DNA of 64,000 nucleotides from the IMG/VR virus record IMGVR_UViG_3300021400_000063; one strand, 5' to 3'. Position 1 is the first letter of the stretch; each line of letters starts with the position of its first letter. Source of the stretch: a virus (Duplodnaviria > Caudoviricetes). Shown here in pieces: positions 9,733 through 18,269 of this stretch. Below the pieces are notes generated by a model that worked only from the letters and a program-made list of their open reading frames with translations, ran no database searches and was not told where the DNA came from. Both the position numbers and the translations under genes were made by a program.

Positions 9733-10422
9733 TTAATTTTTACTAACCGGAGTAGATTTGTTATTCTGAGATAACTTACTATCACGTTTAGCTTTATCAC
9801 TTATCATACTGCTGAGTTTTTTAACTATAGTCTCGTATTGTTTAGTATACAACCTCAACTTAATTAAATTTTCCGGATTTTGTTGCATAATGAACGAATT
9901 ACGTTCTTCATCTAACATAGATTTGAGTTCACGTAGCTGAGTTAATTCAGACCAGTCAGCGTACATGTTATTATACTCTGTAATCGTATGTTGAATGGAG
10001 TCAGACAGTTCATTCAACTCACCAATAAGATAGTTTTTCTGATAAATTTGGGTAAATGGATTTAATGAAGATCCTCTATTTTTTTCTAGATCATCTACAC
10101 CAGTGGCTCCATCTGACCCATCTGATCCACCATCGGAAGAATCCATATCATCTCCACCAAAATCCCCATCGTCCATACTATCCATCTGAGAATCAAGTGA
10201 ATCCATATCATCTTCCATATCTCCTAAACCATCATCACCTGAATCACCGCCAGAAGATTCTTCATTAGCAGCATCTTCAAATGTTTCATCTTCAAGAGAT
10301 TGTTCGTAATCCTGGTGAATTATATCATTTTGTTCTATTTTTTTGTCCTCGAGGGACTCTGTGCTATTAGCTTTTGAACCAAAATCTGATGAAAAGCTAA
10401 GAATTTTAGAATGATTTATCAT
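9733..10422 (-). CDS. Acidic head/scaffold-like protein
   Basis: 229 aa, D/G/S-rich middle, two S-L-E motifs, helical C-terminus; co-transcribed with the capsid gene from late promoter TACA-TTATAA-TA (10454-10465). Confidence 0.55.
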   Translation of the reverse strand: MINHSKILSFSSDFGSKANSTESLEDKKIEQNDIIHQDYEQSLEDETFEDAANEESSGGDSGDDGLGDMEDDMDSLDSQMDSMDDGDFGGDDMDSSDGGSDGSDGATGVDDLEKNRGSSLNPFTQIYQKNYLIGELNELSDSIQHTITEYNNMYADWSELTQLRELKSMLDEERNSFIMQQNPENLIKLRLYTKQYETIVKKLSSMISDKAKRDSKLSQNNKSTPVSKN

Positions 10423-10486
10423 AAAAGTAGCCCTAAAGGTATAATTTAAGTTATATTATAATGTAATAAAGAAAAAAGTAAAAGAA

Positions 10487-10510
10487 AGGTGCTGGTTTTA
10501 CCCAGCACCT
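10487..10510 (-). terminator. Terminator downstream of the helicase and structured 3' region
   Basis: AGGTGCTGG/CCAGCACCT stem, T-rich tail on the minus strand. Confidence 0.8.
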
Positions 10511-10515
10511 ATTTA

Positions 10516-10658
10516 TTTAAAGGTTTAAAAATAAATTAAACTCGAGAGATCTAATATCATCGACGATGAATACTAAATCTTAAGGAGAGTTATACGAATT
10601 ACACAATTCTAATTTGAAGATAAAGAATTTGAGCTTAATTTATTTATAACCTGTTAAA
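10516..10658 (-). ncRNA. Candidate structured 3'-UTR RNA / sRNA with exposed anti-SD sequence
   Basis: About 25-bp closing stem (10516-10543 with 10631-10658) and inner hairpin (10547-10580), with G-U pairs on the minus strand; unpaired CUCUCCUUA. Confidence 0.5.
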
Positions 10659-12599
10659 TTAAGCATAAGCTACTTCTTCGTTAAAATCGCAGCTAACATA
10701 TTCTGTTTCTCCAATAATAAACGATCTATCATAATATGACATTTCAGAGTTAGACCAAACATAGAAATCTTCTGTTTCATAATCACCAGTATCAAGATAA
10801 TCAATCCATTTATTCCAATCGATATATTCGATAGGAACCTTTTCTTTAGAATTAAGGAAGTCTTCTCTTTCTTCAGTTGAAGATTTAACTTTAATAAGAT
10901 GATCTTTCGGAGGTGTTTTATGTTTATTATCTCTAATATCGATAATACCTCTAGAACCTTGATTCTGATTAGCATCATCAGTTCCAATTCCATCAGGAAT
11001 CTTAGGAAGTGACAATGGAGTCGAAAGATAGATATCATCATCAATGATAATACCATCACGAATTTTCATTACAAATGTTTCTGTACCAAACTTATTCTTA
11101 TAACGAGATTTATTTCTCTTAAACATCAACCAACGATCTTCACCATGAATTTCGATATCGATAAATGCTGACCATGAAACAGCCTGTTCAATACCATAAG
11201 ATTCACCAATGAATTCATTAGTCATTTGTGAAATAGCATTAACTCCACCTTGATTCTTTAAGTTTGTAAGAACCGCACCACCAGAACGGTTAATCTGATG
11301 AGCCGTAATAACTGGAATATCTCTATTCTTTGCAAGTGAAAGTAAATCATCTGCAATATTCTTTAACTGAAGACGGTTGTCCTTACCCATATCTTCCATT
11401 CTAGGTTTAATTAAACCTAAATAGTCAACAACACAAGCAATTACACGATATCCTTCTTCTTCAAGATTTTCAATAATAACATCAATTTCATCAACACTAA
11501 GAGATCTAGCATCGACATGTAAGAATGAAATATCAATAGGATTTTCTTCTTCACTATTAGTATTTCCAAAATTATGTTCCCAAGACTGATTAAGTTCTTC
11601 TCGAGATGTACATTTTCCAAGATCTTTTTTAACTACAGTCTTATACAAACGTTCATTATCTTCATCATTATCATTCTCCATACTAATGTGAAGAACTGTT
11701 GGAATTTTTCCAGTACGTTTAAATTCATCGATAACTCTTGAAGCATTATACTCCTTAATCATACGAGAAATATGAAGAAGCATTGCAGATTTAAATGAAT
11801 TAGTATTAGCATGAAGACAATATAAGTTTTTATTCTGGAATCCACCACGAGGTCCAAGTGCAGAGTTTAATGCTTGCCAACCTGTCTGTAAAGCAGATGC
11901 TGGATTACGAATAGCTTCATAAGTATCGTAAAGAATATCTAAGAATGTTGGATCTCCAGTATGAACAATTTCATTTGTCATTGAACTTGAATCTGTACTT
12001 CTGAAAAAGTTCATAATACTAGTAACTAAATCACGATATTGATGTAATAAATTTGGAAAATCTGTATAAGATGATGTTTCAATATCATTTGTTAATTCGA
12101 TAAGATTATCTTTTACATCGAGAATATATGAAAACTTAAGATTTTGATCTAGACTATTTGTAATATATTCAAGATCATCTTCAGGTAATTCATCTTTTGC
12201 AACATTAATCTGAGGTATAATTAATTGATCTCTTACTTTATCATAAGGTTCAACTAAAAGATTTTCAACTTTATATGTTAATGATTCTAATGAAACTCCA
12301 TGAGGATTTTTAGTTCTAATTGAAACTAATAAATCGCAAACAAGAAGCATAGCTTCTATATTTTCACTTCTACAATAATAATCTCTATCTATGATAGTTA
12401 GGAAACGTTTTATATTAGCAAGGGAACGTCTATTAACTGTAATGTCACTTGCTAAAACTTTTATAATCATGAGCAAAAAACGCTCAGAAACTAAATGTGA
12501 TCTATATTTTTTATTAGGTTTTCGTCTCTTAAATTCAGAATAATCAGTTGTACTATCGTACGATCCTAATGTTCCCATCTTCATATTGTTTAACTCCAA
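10659..12599 (-). CDS. dnaB: DnaB-like replicative helicase
   Basis: LQTGWQALN..GG, Walker A variant HANTNSFKS, ISMEN, VVDYLGLI, PVITAHQINR; exact start codon uncertain. Confidence 0.88.
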   Translation of the reverse strand: MELNNMKMGTLGSYDSTTDYSEFKRRKPNKKYRSHLVSERFLLMIIKVLASDITVNRRSLANIKRFLTIIDRDYYCRSENIEAMLLVCDLLVSIRTKNPHGVSLESLTYKVENLLVEPYDKVRDQLIIPQINVAKDELPEDDLEYITNSLDQNLKFSYILDVKDNLIELTNDIETSSYTDFPNLLHQYRDLVTSIMNFFRSTDSSSMTNEIVHTGDPTFLDILYDTYEAIRNPASALQTGWQALNSALGPRGGFQNKNLYCLHANTNSFKSAMLLHISRMIKEYNASRVIDEFKRTGKIPTVLHISMENDNDEDNERLYKTVVKKDLGKCTSREELNQSWEHNFGNTNSEEENPIDISFLHVDARSLSVDEIDVIIENLEEEGYRVIACVVDYLGLIKPRMEDMGKDNRLQLKNIADDLLSLAKNRDIPVITAHQINRSGGAVLTNLKNQGGVNAISQMTNEFIGESYGIEQAVSWSAFIDIEIHGEDRWLMFKRNKSRYKNKFGTETFVMKIRDGIIIDDDIYLSTPLSLPKIPDGIGTDDANQNQGSRGIIDIRDNKHKTPPKDHLIKVKSSTEEREDFLNSKEKVPIEYIDWNKWIDYLDTGDYETEDFYVWSNSEMSYYDRSFIIGETEYVSCDFNEEVAYA

Positions 12600-12677
12600 A
12601 CTTTAAAATTCTTTATCTTCGTCCTATAATTATATATTCAAAAGAATTTTTAAAATTACAAACTTGAATACATCTTA

Positions 12678-13535
12678 ATGTCAATATATGATAATTTAGA
12701 GGCATGGAAAATGGACTATAATGAAAAAGAAGAATTAAGTAATAATAAAAAGATTTTTTTATTTAAATGGTTTATAAAATTTCTCGAAATATATGGTCAA
12801 GAAACATTTGGTGAATCCGCTTCAATAAATTGGGGTTTAGTACATGATGAAATAGTTGGTCATAGTATATGGTCAATGAATATAGAATTAGACAATTTAC
12901 TTTATAATGACCAGGAATCTTTAGATTCTGAAGAATTTAGAGATAAAGTATTTTCTTATATAGAAAATATGGTCTTAAAAGGTTATCCAATTTTTAGATT
13001 ATTTTATCTTCCAGAAAAACTTGAGAAATATTATGAAGATGAAATTAAACAAAATATTTATGAAAATGATAAAAAACGTTTTGCTAAATACAAATGTTTT
13101 AAATGTAAACACTATTGTGATAAGATAAAAGTCTATGTTGGTGATCCAGGAATGAATATTATGGGTGTTGCTCATATGAGTATTGATACTTTTAAAGAAA
13201 GATATCCTGATGCAGATATTGGATCTTTTAGATTAAATCATCATCAAATGTGTGATTTATTTGAAAAATATTTTAAAGAATTTGAAGATGAAGAGTCTAA
13301 AACTAAAGGTTATGTTTCATATTTTAATAGAGAAAAACGTTTTAACGATTGGATTGATAAACGTGAATATGCTAAAGGTGTAAAATTTCCAAAAGATGAA
13401 AATTATCATAGAGATTTAAAAAAAGAATATGAATTGAAACCTTTGTTAAATAGATGTAAATGTAATGAATATGAACCAATTGAAAATTTTTCATTCGACA
13501 ATTTTTTAGAAAAATACATAGAGCTTCCTTATTAA
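12678..13535 (+). CDS. Hypothetical protein with Cys-rich (zinc-binding) motifs
   Basis: 285 aa; CFKCKHYC and RCKC. Confidence 0.7.
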   Translation: MSIYDNLEAWKMDYNEKEELSNNKKIFLFKWFIKFLEIYGQETFGESASINWGLVHDEIVGHSIWSMNIELDNLLYNDQESLDSEEFRDKVFSYIENMVLKGYPIFRLFYLPEKLEKYYEDEIKQNIYENDKKRFAKYKCFKCKHYCDKIKVYVGDPGMNIMGVAHMSIDTFKERYPDADIGSFRLNHHQMCDLFEKYFKEFEDEESKTKGYVSYFNREKRFNDWIDKREYAKGVKFPKDENYHRDLKKEYELKPLLNRCKCNEYEPIENFSFDNFLEKYIELPY

Positions 13536-13537
13536 TT

Positions 13538-13554
13538 TATATATTATACTAATG
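13538..13554 (+). promoter_or_regulatory. Early-type promoter
   Basis: TATATATTATACTAATG. Confidence 0.65.
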
Positions 13555-13590
13555 TGACAGATAAATATATTTATAAAATGAGGGGTCAAA

Positions 13591-13929
13591 ATGTTATTTT
13601 GTCAACACGGTAGTACTGATAGCGGTTTATTTATCGGTAAATTAGAAACTGATGTATTAGGATTTGATGTTGTTAATGAATATATCCCTGAGCAAGGAGA
13701 TAGTTTCAAAAATACTTCATTTGTAGTGATTGATTTCAATAAACATGAAGCATGGTTATTGGATGATGAATGGATTTATTTTAATGTCGTTAGACATAAC
13801 GGATCCACATACAAACCTAATATAATAATCGCAACTAGCCATTATAAAAAAGTTTTTTATAGTGACTACATTGATATCATAAGCTATCGAAACAAACATA
13901 AAGCAATTCCAAATGTTGTTGTTTTATAA
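13591..13929 (+). CDS. Hypothetical protein
   Basis: 112 aa, SD GAGGGG, followed by a terminator at 13938-13968. Confidence 0.7.
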   Translation: MLFCQHGSTDSGLFIGKLETDVLGFDVVNEYIPEQGDSFKNTSFVVIDFNKHEAWLLDDEWIYFNVVRHNGSTYKPNIIIATSHYKKVFYSDYIDIISYRNKHKAIPNVVVL

Positions 13930-13988
13930 TGTAAATAAAGAGAGGATCTATTCCTCTCTTTTTTTTGTAAACTAATTGTTTTTTTTTG

Positions 13989-14003
13989 TATATTATATTA
14001 ATG
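13989..14003 (+). promoter_or_regulatory. Early-type promoter
   Basis: TATATTATATTAATG. Confidence 0.65.
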
Positions 14004-14063
14004 AGGGTGGATGACTATAAACTCTTAATAAAAATAAATTAATTATAGTCAAGGGTAAGTTAT

Positions 14064-14414
14064 ATGATAACATTTAAGAAAATTTTGCTTCCAATTGAGA
14101 AAATGGAAGAAATCATTGGAGACTATAACAGAGTTTCCAATGAAATCATGGAACAGCATGGTAAGCAATTAATTGCTTACTATAAGTCATTGAATAAATA
14201 TTCGACTAAAGAAATAGTCGATATTACTGGCGAGAAAATCGCCTTATTAACTAAGATCAGATTTGAACATGATCTTAGAGATATTTATGATCCATGCGAA
14301 TCTGATCCAATACTTGTTGAAAGACAAGAAGATCTCATGTACAGTATGCTATACGCTACTGAAACATATATGGATTTAAGAAGGTTGAATAAACTTAATA
14401 TTAAGAACTATTAA
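14064..14414 (+). CDS. Hypothetical protein
   Basis: 116 aa helical ORF between a promoter motif and a terminator. Confidence 0.7.
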   Translation: MITFKKILLPIEKMEEIIGDYNRVSNEIMEQHGKQLIAYYKSLNKYSTKEIVDITGEKIALLTKIRFEHDLRDIYDPCESDPILVERQEDLMYSMLYATETYMDLRRLNKLNIKNY

Positions 14415-14431
14415 GTTTATTCGAATGAAAT

Positions 14432-14470
14432 AATAAAACTACCCGATATTATTCGGGTAGTTTTATTTTT
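14432..14470. terminator. Bidirectional terminator
   Basis: AATAAAACTACCCGA/TCGGGTAGTTTTATT between convergent genes. Confidence 0.85.
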
Positions 14471-14471
14471 T

Positions 14472-15548
14472 TTATTTACAATACTTAATATAAACGCTAT
14501 TAAGCATTAAATATGAACTATAGTTTGATACATAATGAAGAACATCTAAAATAGAATTATGCATTTTAGTCTTTATATTATCATAATCAGCTTCAACAGA
14601 TTTACCTATAGTTTCCAATTCACTGATATATTGTTTAGTATGTTCAGATGTAATTTCATTTAAAGGTTTCTTAAAAGTATTTTGCATTTCTGTAGAAAAA
14701 CGTTCTTCAAATGGTATATATTTGTATTTAAACATAATATCTATAATTGACTTATCATTTAATTTATCCAAAGCATAATTTGTACAATCTACAATATCTT
14801 TATACATTAATCCATCATTTACAATTTCTTCATCATTATCTGATGTATCAAATGGTGATATTATGATAGAACTATCAGATATCAACCATTTGAAAAAAGG
14901 TTCTATATTTTTATAATACCAAAGTTTTATTGTAGCAAAAAATGATGACTGTTGTCTTTTAAGTTTTTCAGCATCTTTGTTTAATAAATAATTTACATTT
15001 TCATAATTCTTTTTACATTCATCATGTTCATCGATATATTTATTAACTATAGATATAATTTTCGTAAAAAAGTTATCTAATATAACACTTTTATCTTCTT
15101 TAAAATAATCAACATTTATATCATAAGATCTTTTTGTTACATAAATATTTTTAACACATTTACTAGTTAATAATAAAATATCATCGATAAAATTATTTAC
15201 ATTTACTTTTCCAGTAAGTTTATCAGCATTATATATTACATCCATTGCTAACATGTCATAATTAAATTCTAATACTTTATCAAAAATATAAATTATATTT
15301 GCTATTTCTTTTAAATATACACAAGCTGAATTTAAATTTTTTGGAAGCTCTGTATAATTATTAACTTTGATATAGTTATTTGTTAGATATGAAATATTTG
15401 ACCCGTCGAATATATAACCTGTAGTTTTATAATTTTCCACAAATAAATTATATATTTCGGTAATCATTTCTTTATCGTATTTAAAAGATTTAGACTTTTT
15501 ATATTTCTTAAAAAATAATCTCTCTAAAGGTTTAAATTTATTTTTCAT
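14472..15548 (-). CDS. Hypothetical protein
   Basis: Long ORF; SD AGGAG favours ATG 15548; late-type motif CACA-TGAATA-TG at 15564-15575. Confidence 0.75.
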   Translation of the reverse strand: MKNKFKPLERLFFKKYKKSKSFKYDKEMITEIYNLFVENYKTTGYIFDGSNISYLTNNYIKVNNYTELPKNLNSACVYLKEIANIIYIFDKVLEFNYDMLAMDVIYNADKLTGKVNVNNFIDDILLLTSKCVKNIYVTKRSYDINVDYFKEDKSVILDNFFTKIISIVNKYIDEHDECKKNYENVNYLLNKDAEKLKRQQSSFFATIKLWYYKNIEPFFKWLISDSSIIISPFDTSDNDEEIVNDGLMYKDIVDCTNYALDKLNDKSIIDIMFKYKYIPFEERFSTEMQNTFKKPLNEITSEHTKQYISELETIGKSVEADYDNIKTKMHNSILDVLHYVSNYSSYLMLNSVYIKYCK

Positions 15549-15613
15549 TATATGTCTCCTATTCATATTCATGTGTCGAAGTTCATGTTATTTTGTAAAA
15601 TGTTTATTTTTTG

Positions 15614-15900
15614 TATATTATAATAATGAATAAAAGATAAGGAGGGCGCCGCAAACGCCCTCCTTAAATTTAATTTTTATTCAAGGTGGTGAGCACGATG
15701 AATAACGATCTATACACTTATTTTTATAGTGTACACGATTATGACGGTTCTGCGTTAACTTTAAAAACACAGATAACTCGAAGACCAGTTTATTAGAGAA
15801 ACCGGAATCGATCCCGTCACAAATAAATGTATATATACATAATTGTTATACATACATTTATTAAATATAAAAGAAGGGAGAAATATCTCCCTTCTTTTTT
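15614..15900 (+). ncRNA. Candidate stand-alone early transcript: structured RNA and/or 32-aa small ORF (15698-15796)
   Basis: Promoter TATATTATAATAATG (15614-15628), GC-rich hairpin TAAGGAGGGCG/CGCCCTCCTTA, further stems, terminator at 15869-15900. Confidence 0.5.
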
Positions 15901-16649
15901 TAACCTTTTTTCTGATAAAGACATTGAACTTGAAAAGTTTCAGGATTATGAACACAATCTTTTTCAAAGATTGCTTCTAATTCTTTTATATCAGATTCGG
16001 CACTACTGTACTCATCAATCTTAGTTTCAATATCAACACCACCAAATGATTGATTACCACCTTCATATTTATACTTATGATATAAAGCAAATTTCATATA
16101 AGCAATGAAGTATTCTTCAAATAATGGTTGAATATTTTTTGGAATTGTTTTTAAAGTTCTGTTTGCTTTCAGTTGTACAGTAAAATCTCTATGAGATTGT
16201 TGAGGTGGATCTACTATAAGTAAATCCGGTTCTTGGAAAGTTACTAAATAATATGATCGTGTATGAGGCATATCTGCTCTAGCAGATAAGAAGATTTGGT
16301 TTAACATGAAGTTTCCACCAGTATACACATCTGATGTATCATTACCACCAATTTGGTAATCGAAAATATCAAACCATTCAATATCTTCTTGCTCATCGAT
16401 CCATGGTACTTCAAATTGCTTAGGTATTCGATATGTACCATAATTTGTAATTTTACCAGAGTAGTCCCTAAAAGGAATAGCATCCTCTCTACGAATTCTT
16501 ACGTCATAGATTTTAGGATACCATTGTGAAAATCTTGGCAATACCTTTACGTTTAGAACGTTATTGATCATGTTTTCTGAAATCAAACCCATGATCTTAG
16601 GTCCAACCGAGATTTCCAAACTTGCAAGTAATCTAGTTCTTGAAATCAT
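15900..16649 (-). CDS. Putative neck / head-completion protein (T4 gp13-like)
   Basis: 249 aa directly downstream of the prohead protease; C-terminal LKTIP...FE...ALY..YKY...GGVDIETKIDEY..AE pattern resembles myovirus neck proteins. Confidence 0.55.
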   Translation of the reverse strand: MISRTRLLASLEISVGPKIMGLISENMINNVLNVKVLPRFSQWYPKIYDVRIRREDAIPFRDYSGKITNYGTYRIPKQFEVPWIDEQEDIEWFDIFDYQIGGNDTSDVYTGGNFMLNQIFLSARADMPHTRSYYLVTFQEPDLLIVDPPQQSHRDFTVQLKANRTLKTIPKNIQPLFEEYFIAYMKFALYHKYKYEGGNQSFGGVDIETKIDEYSSAESDIKELEAIFEKDCVHNPETFQVQCLYQKKG

Positions 16650-16674
16650 ATAAACTGGACCTCCTTAGATAAGA

Positions 16675-17553
16675 TTAACGTCCAGCACAAAGGATCTGAT
16701 TTACTTTGTAAACGTTTGTAGGAATCTTAATAGACTGAGAATATTCTCCATTGTCTTTGATAAGAAGAGAAATTAAACCTTCTTCAGAATATGAAATATC
16801 TTTTACATCTTTCATACTAAATCCATAAATATCTTCCATAATAGGAAGAGATTCCTGTGATTTAAGAAGATTCATAAATTCTTCTTTCTTTCTTCCAGCA
16901 GTCCAATGGATATCGAGACCTTTCCAATTCTCTTGAGAAGCATCATATGAATCAACATTTTCGATAATAGATGCTGGTTTAAAACCTGGTGCGGAAGAAA
17001 TACAGTCGAATGTTACAAGACGCATCTTTCCAAATTTATGGATATATGGATTTCCCTGAGCATCTTCTCTTTCTTCATAATTAGGTGTAAGAACACGAGT
17101 TGATAAAGATATATTGGACCCTTTCTGAATCCAATCCCAAGGAATATCTCCCTTAGGTTTTACAAACTGAATATCTCCACGAATATCATTACCAATACGT
17201 TTATATCTAAGTAAACGGTGTGAGATATTATCTTTATCGACTTTCAAGAAACGTTCGCGAGAACAATTAGCATCCGGATGATCCAATTCACCAAACCATG
17301 TTCCACGATGAACTAATTCCTGAATATATGGAGAGTTCATAGCTTCCCAATATCCTGCAGATTCATAAAGAGATCTATTTCTAGAAATAGCATCCATAGA
17401 AATCCAAAGCATATCATGAATAGTCTGTGTTTTAGGATCTATTTTATCTCCAGAAAGTTTCTGAAGTGTTGTAAAAGATTCAATAGAGAACATATCTTTT
17501 GAATTAAGATCAATTACTTTACGTTCACATGAAAATATATTAGAATTACCCAT
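16675..17553 (-). CDS. Prohead core protease (T4 gp21-like)
   Basis: SRNRSLY, WFGELDHP, NISHRL, ISLSTR, LVTFDCISSAPGF motifs; late promoter GACA-ATTAAA-TA at 17577-17588. Confidence 0.88.
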   Translation of the reverse strand: MGNSNIFSCERKVIDLNSKDMFSIESFTTLQKLSGDKIDPKTQTIHDMLWISMDAISRNRSLYESAGYWEAMNSPYIQELVHRGTWFGELDHPDANCSRERFLKVDKDNISHRLLRYKRIGNDIRGDIQFVKPKGDIPWDWIQKGSNISLSTRVLTPNYEEREDAQGNPYIHKFGKMRLVTFDCISSAPGFKPASIIENVDSYDASQENWKGLDIHWTAGRKKEEFMNLLKSQESLPIMEDIYGFSMKDVKDISYSEEGLISLLIKDNGEYSQSIKIPTNVYKVNQILCAGR

Positions 17554-17637
17554 AATATATCTCCTTTAAATAAATATATTTAATTGTCACGATATAACAG
17601 TGAATATTTTTATATATTATATCATTGGAGGTAATAG

Positions 17638-17880
17638 ATGACAAAACATTTGCGCAATGTTATTGATGCGATTAAAGATAATCGTATCAAAGAAAAAGAT
17701 GGCAGATCATTTGTTGAGTGTAAACCGATAAATGCTACTCTTTTTCTAAATGATGACGAAAAGGAAGAATTCTTAACCAAAATTCGTAAATACGGATTTA
17801 AAGATTATGAAGCGATTCCAGTAAAGGATAGAATAAATCCAACATCGATTCATCATTATGAAATCATCTTAAAAAAATAA
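17638..17880 (+). CDS. Hypothetical protein (early-type promoter at 17611-17627)
   Basis: 80 aa, SD GGAGGT. Confidence 0.7.
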   Translation: MTKHLRNVIDAIKDNRIKEKDGRSFVECKPINATLFLNDDEKEEFLTKIRKYGFKDYEAIPVKDRINPTSIHHYEIILKK

Positions 17881-17886
17881 ACTCAG

Positions 17887-17921
17887 AAAGAGAGGGTGAT
17901 AAATATCACCCTCTCTTTTTT
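17887..17921. terminator. Bidirectional terminator
   Basis: AAAGAGAGGGTGATA/TATCACCCTCTCTTT. Confidence 0.85.
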
Positions 17922-18145
17922 TAATGTGTTTTTTCCCATTCACGTTGTTTAGCCAACCTTTCAGATCTGATTTTGTTGTAATACTCTGGAGTAAGACAAC
18001 CAGGTCTGTTTGTAAAAACAGGACGTCCACTACCTTTGGCCATTTCCCCACCCGATTCAAATAAATGAAAATGTAAAGTTTCAAGAATTCCCTTTAAAAT
18101 GGTGTGTTTAGTAGAGGTTTTCTTTTTTCCTTTTGAATTAGCCAT
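17921..18145 (-). CDS. Small basic protein
   Basis: 74 aa, K/R-rich, SD GGAGGT. Confidence 0.65.
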   Translation of the reverse strand: MANSKGKKKTSTKHTILKGILETLHFHLFESGGEMAKGSGRPVFTNRPGCLTPEYYNKIRSERLAKQREWEKTH

Positions 18146-18269
18146 AGCGGTGTACCTCCAAATAATTTAGATATATATTGTTATATCGGCAAATTAATAT
18201 ATAAAACATTAATAATTAAAAAACGATTAAATATAATATTTACATTTATTATGGAGGAAACTAAGAAAA

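Noticed and set aside
10516-10658. MITE interpretation of the terminal inverted repeats
   Set aside because: No second copy or target-site duplication seen, and strand-specific G-U pairs favour an RNA structure
495-12599. Inteins or group I introns in the terminase or helicase
   Set aside because: Frames are continuous, motif spacing is ordinary, and no intein termini or homing endonuclease motifs were seen
14012-14051. 9-bp inverted repeat TGACTATAA/TTATAGTCA in the leader of ORF 14064
   Set aside because: Single AT-rich occurrence; most simply a 5' stabilising stem like those after other early promoters
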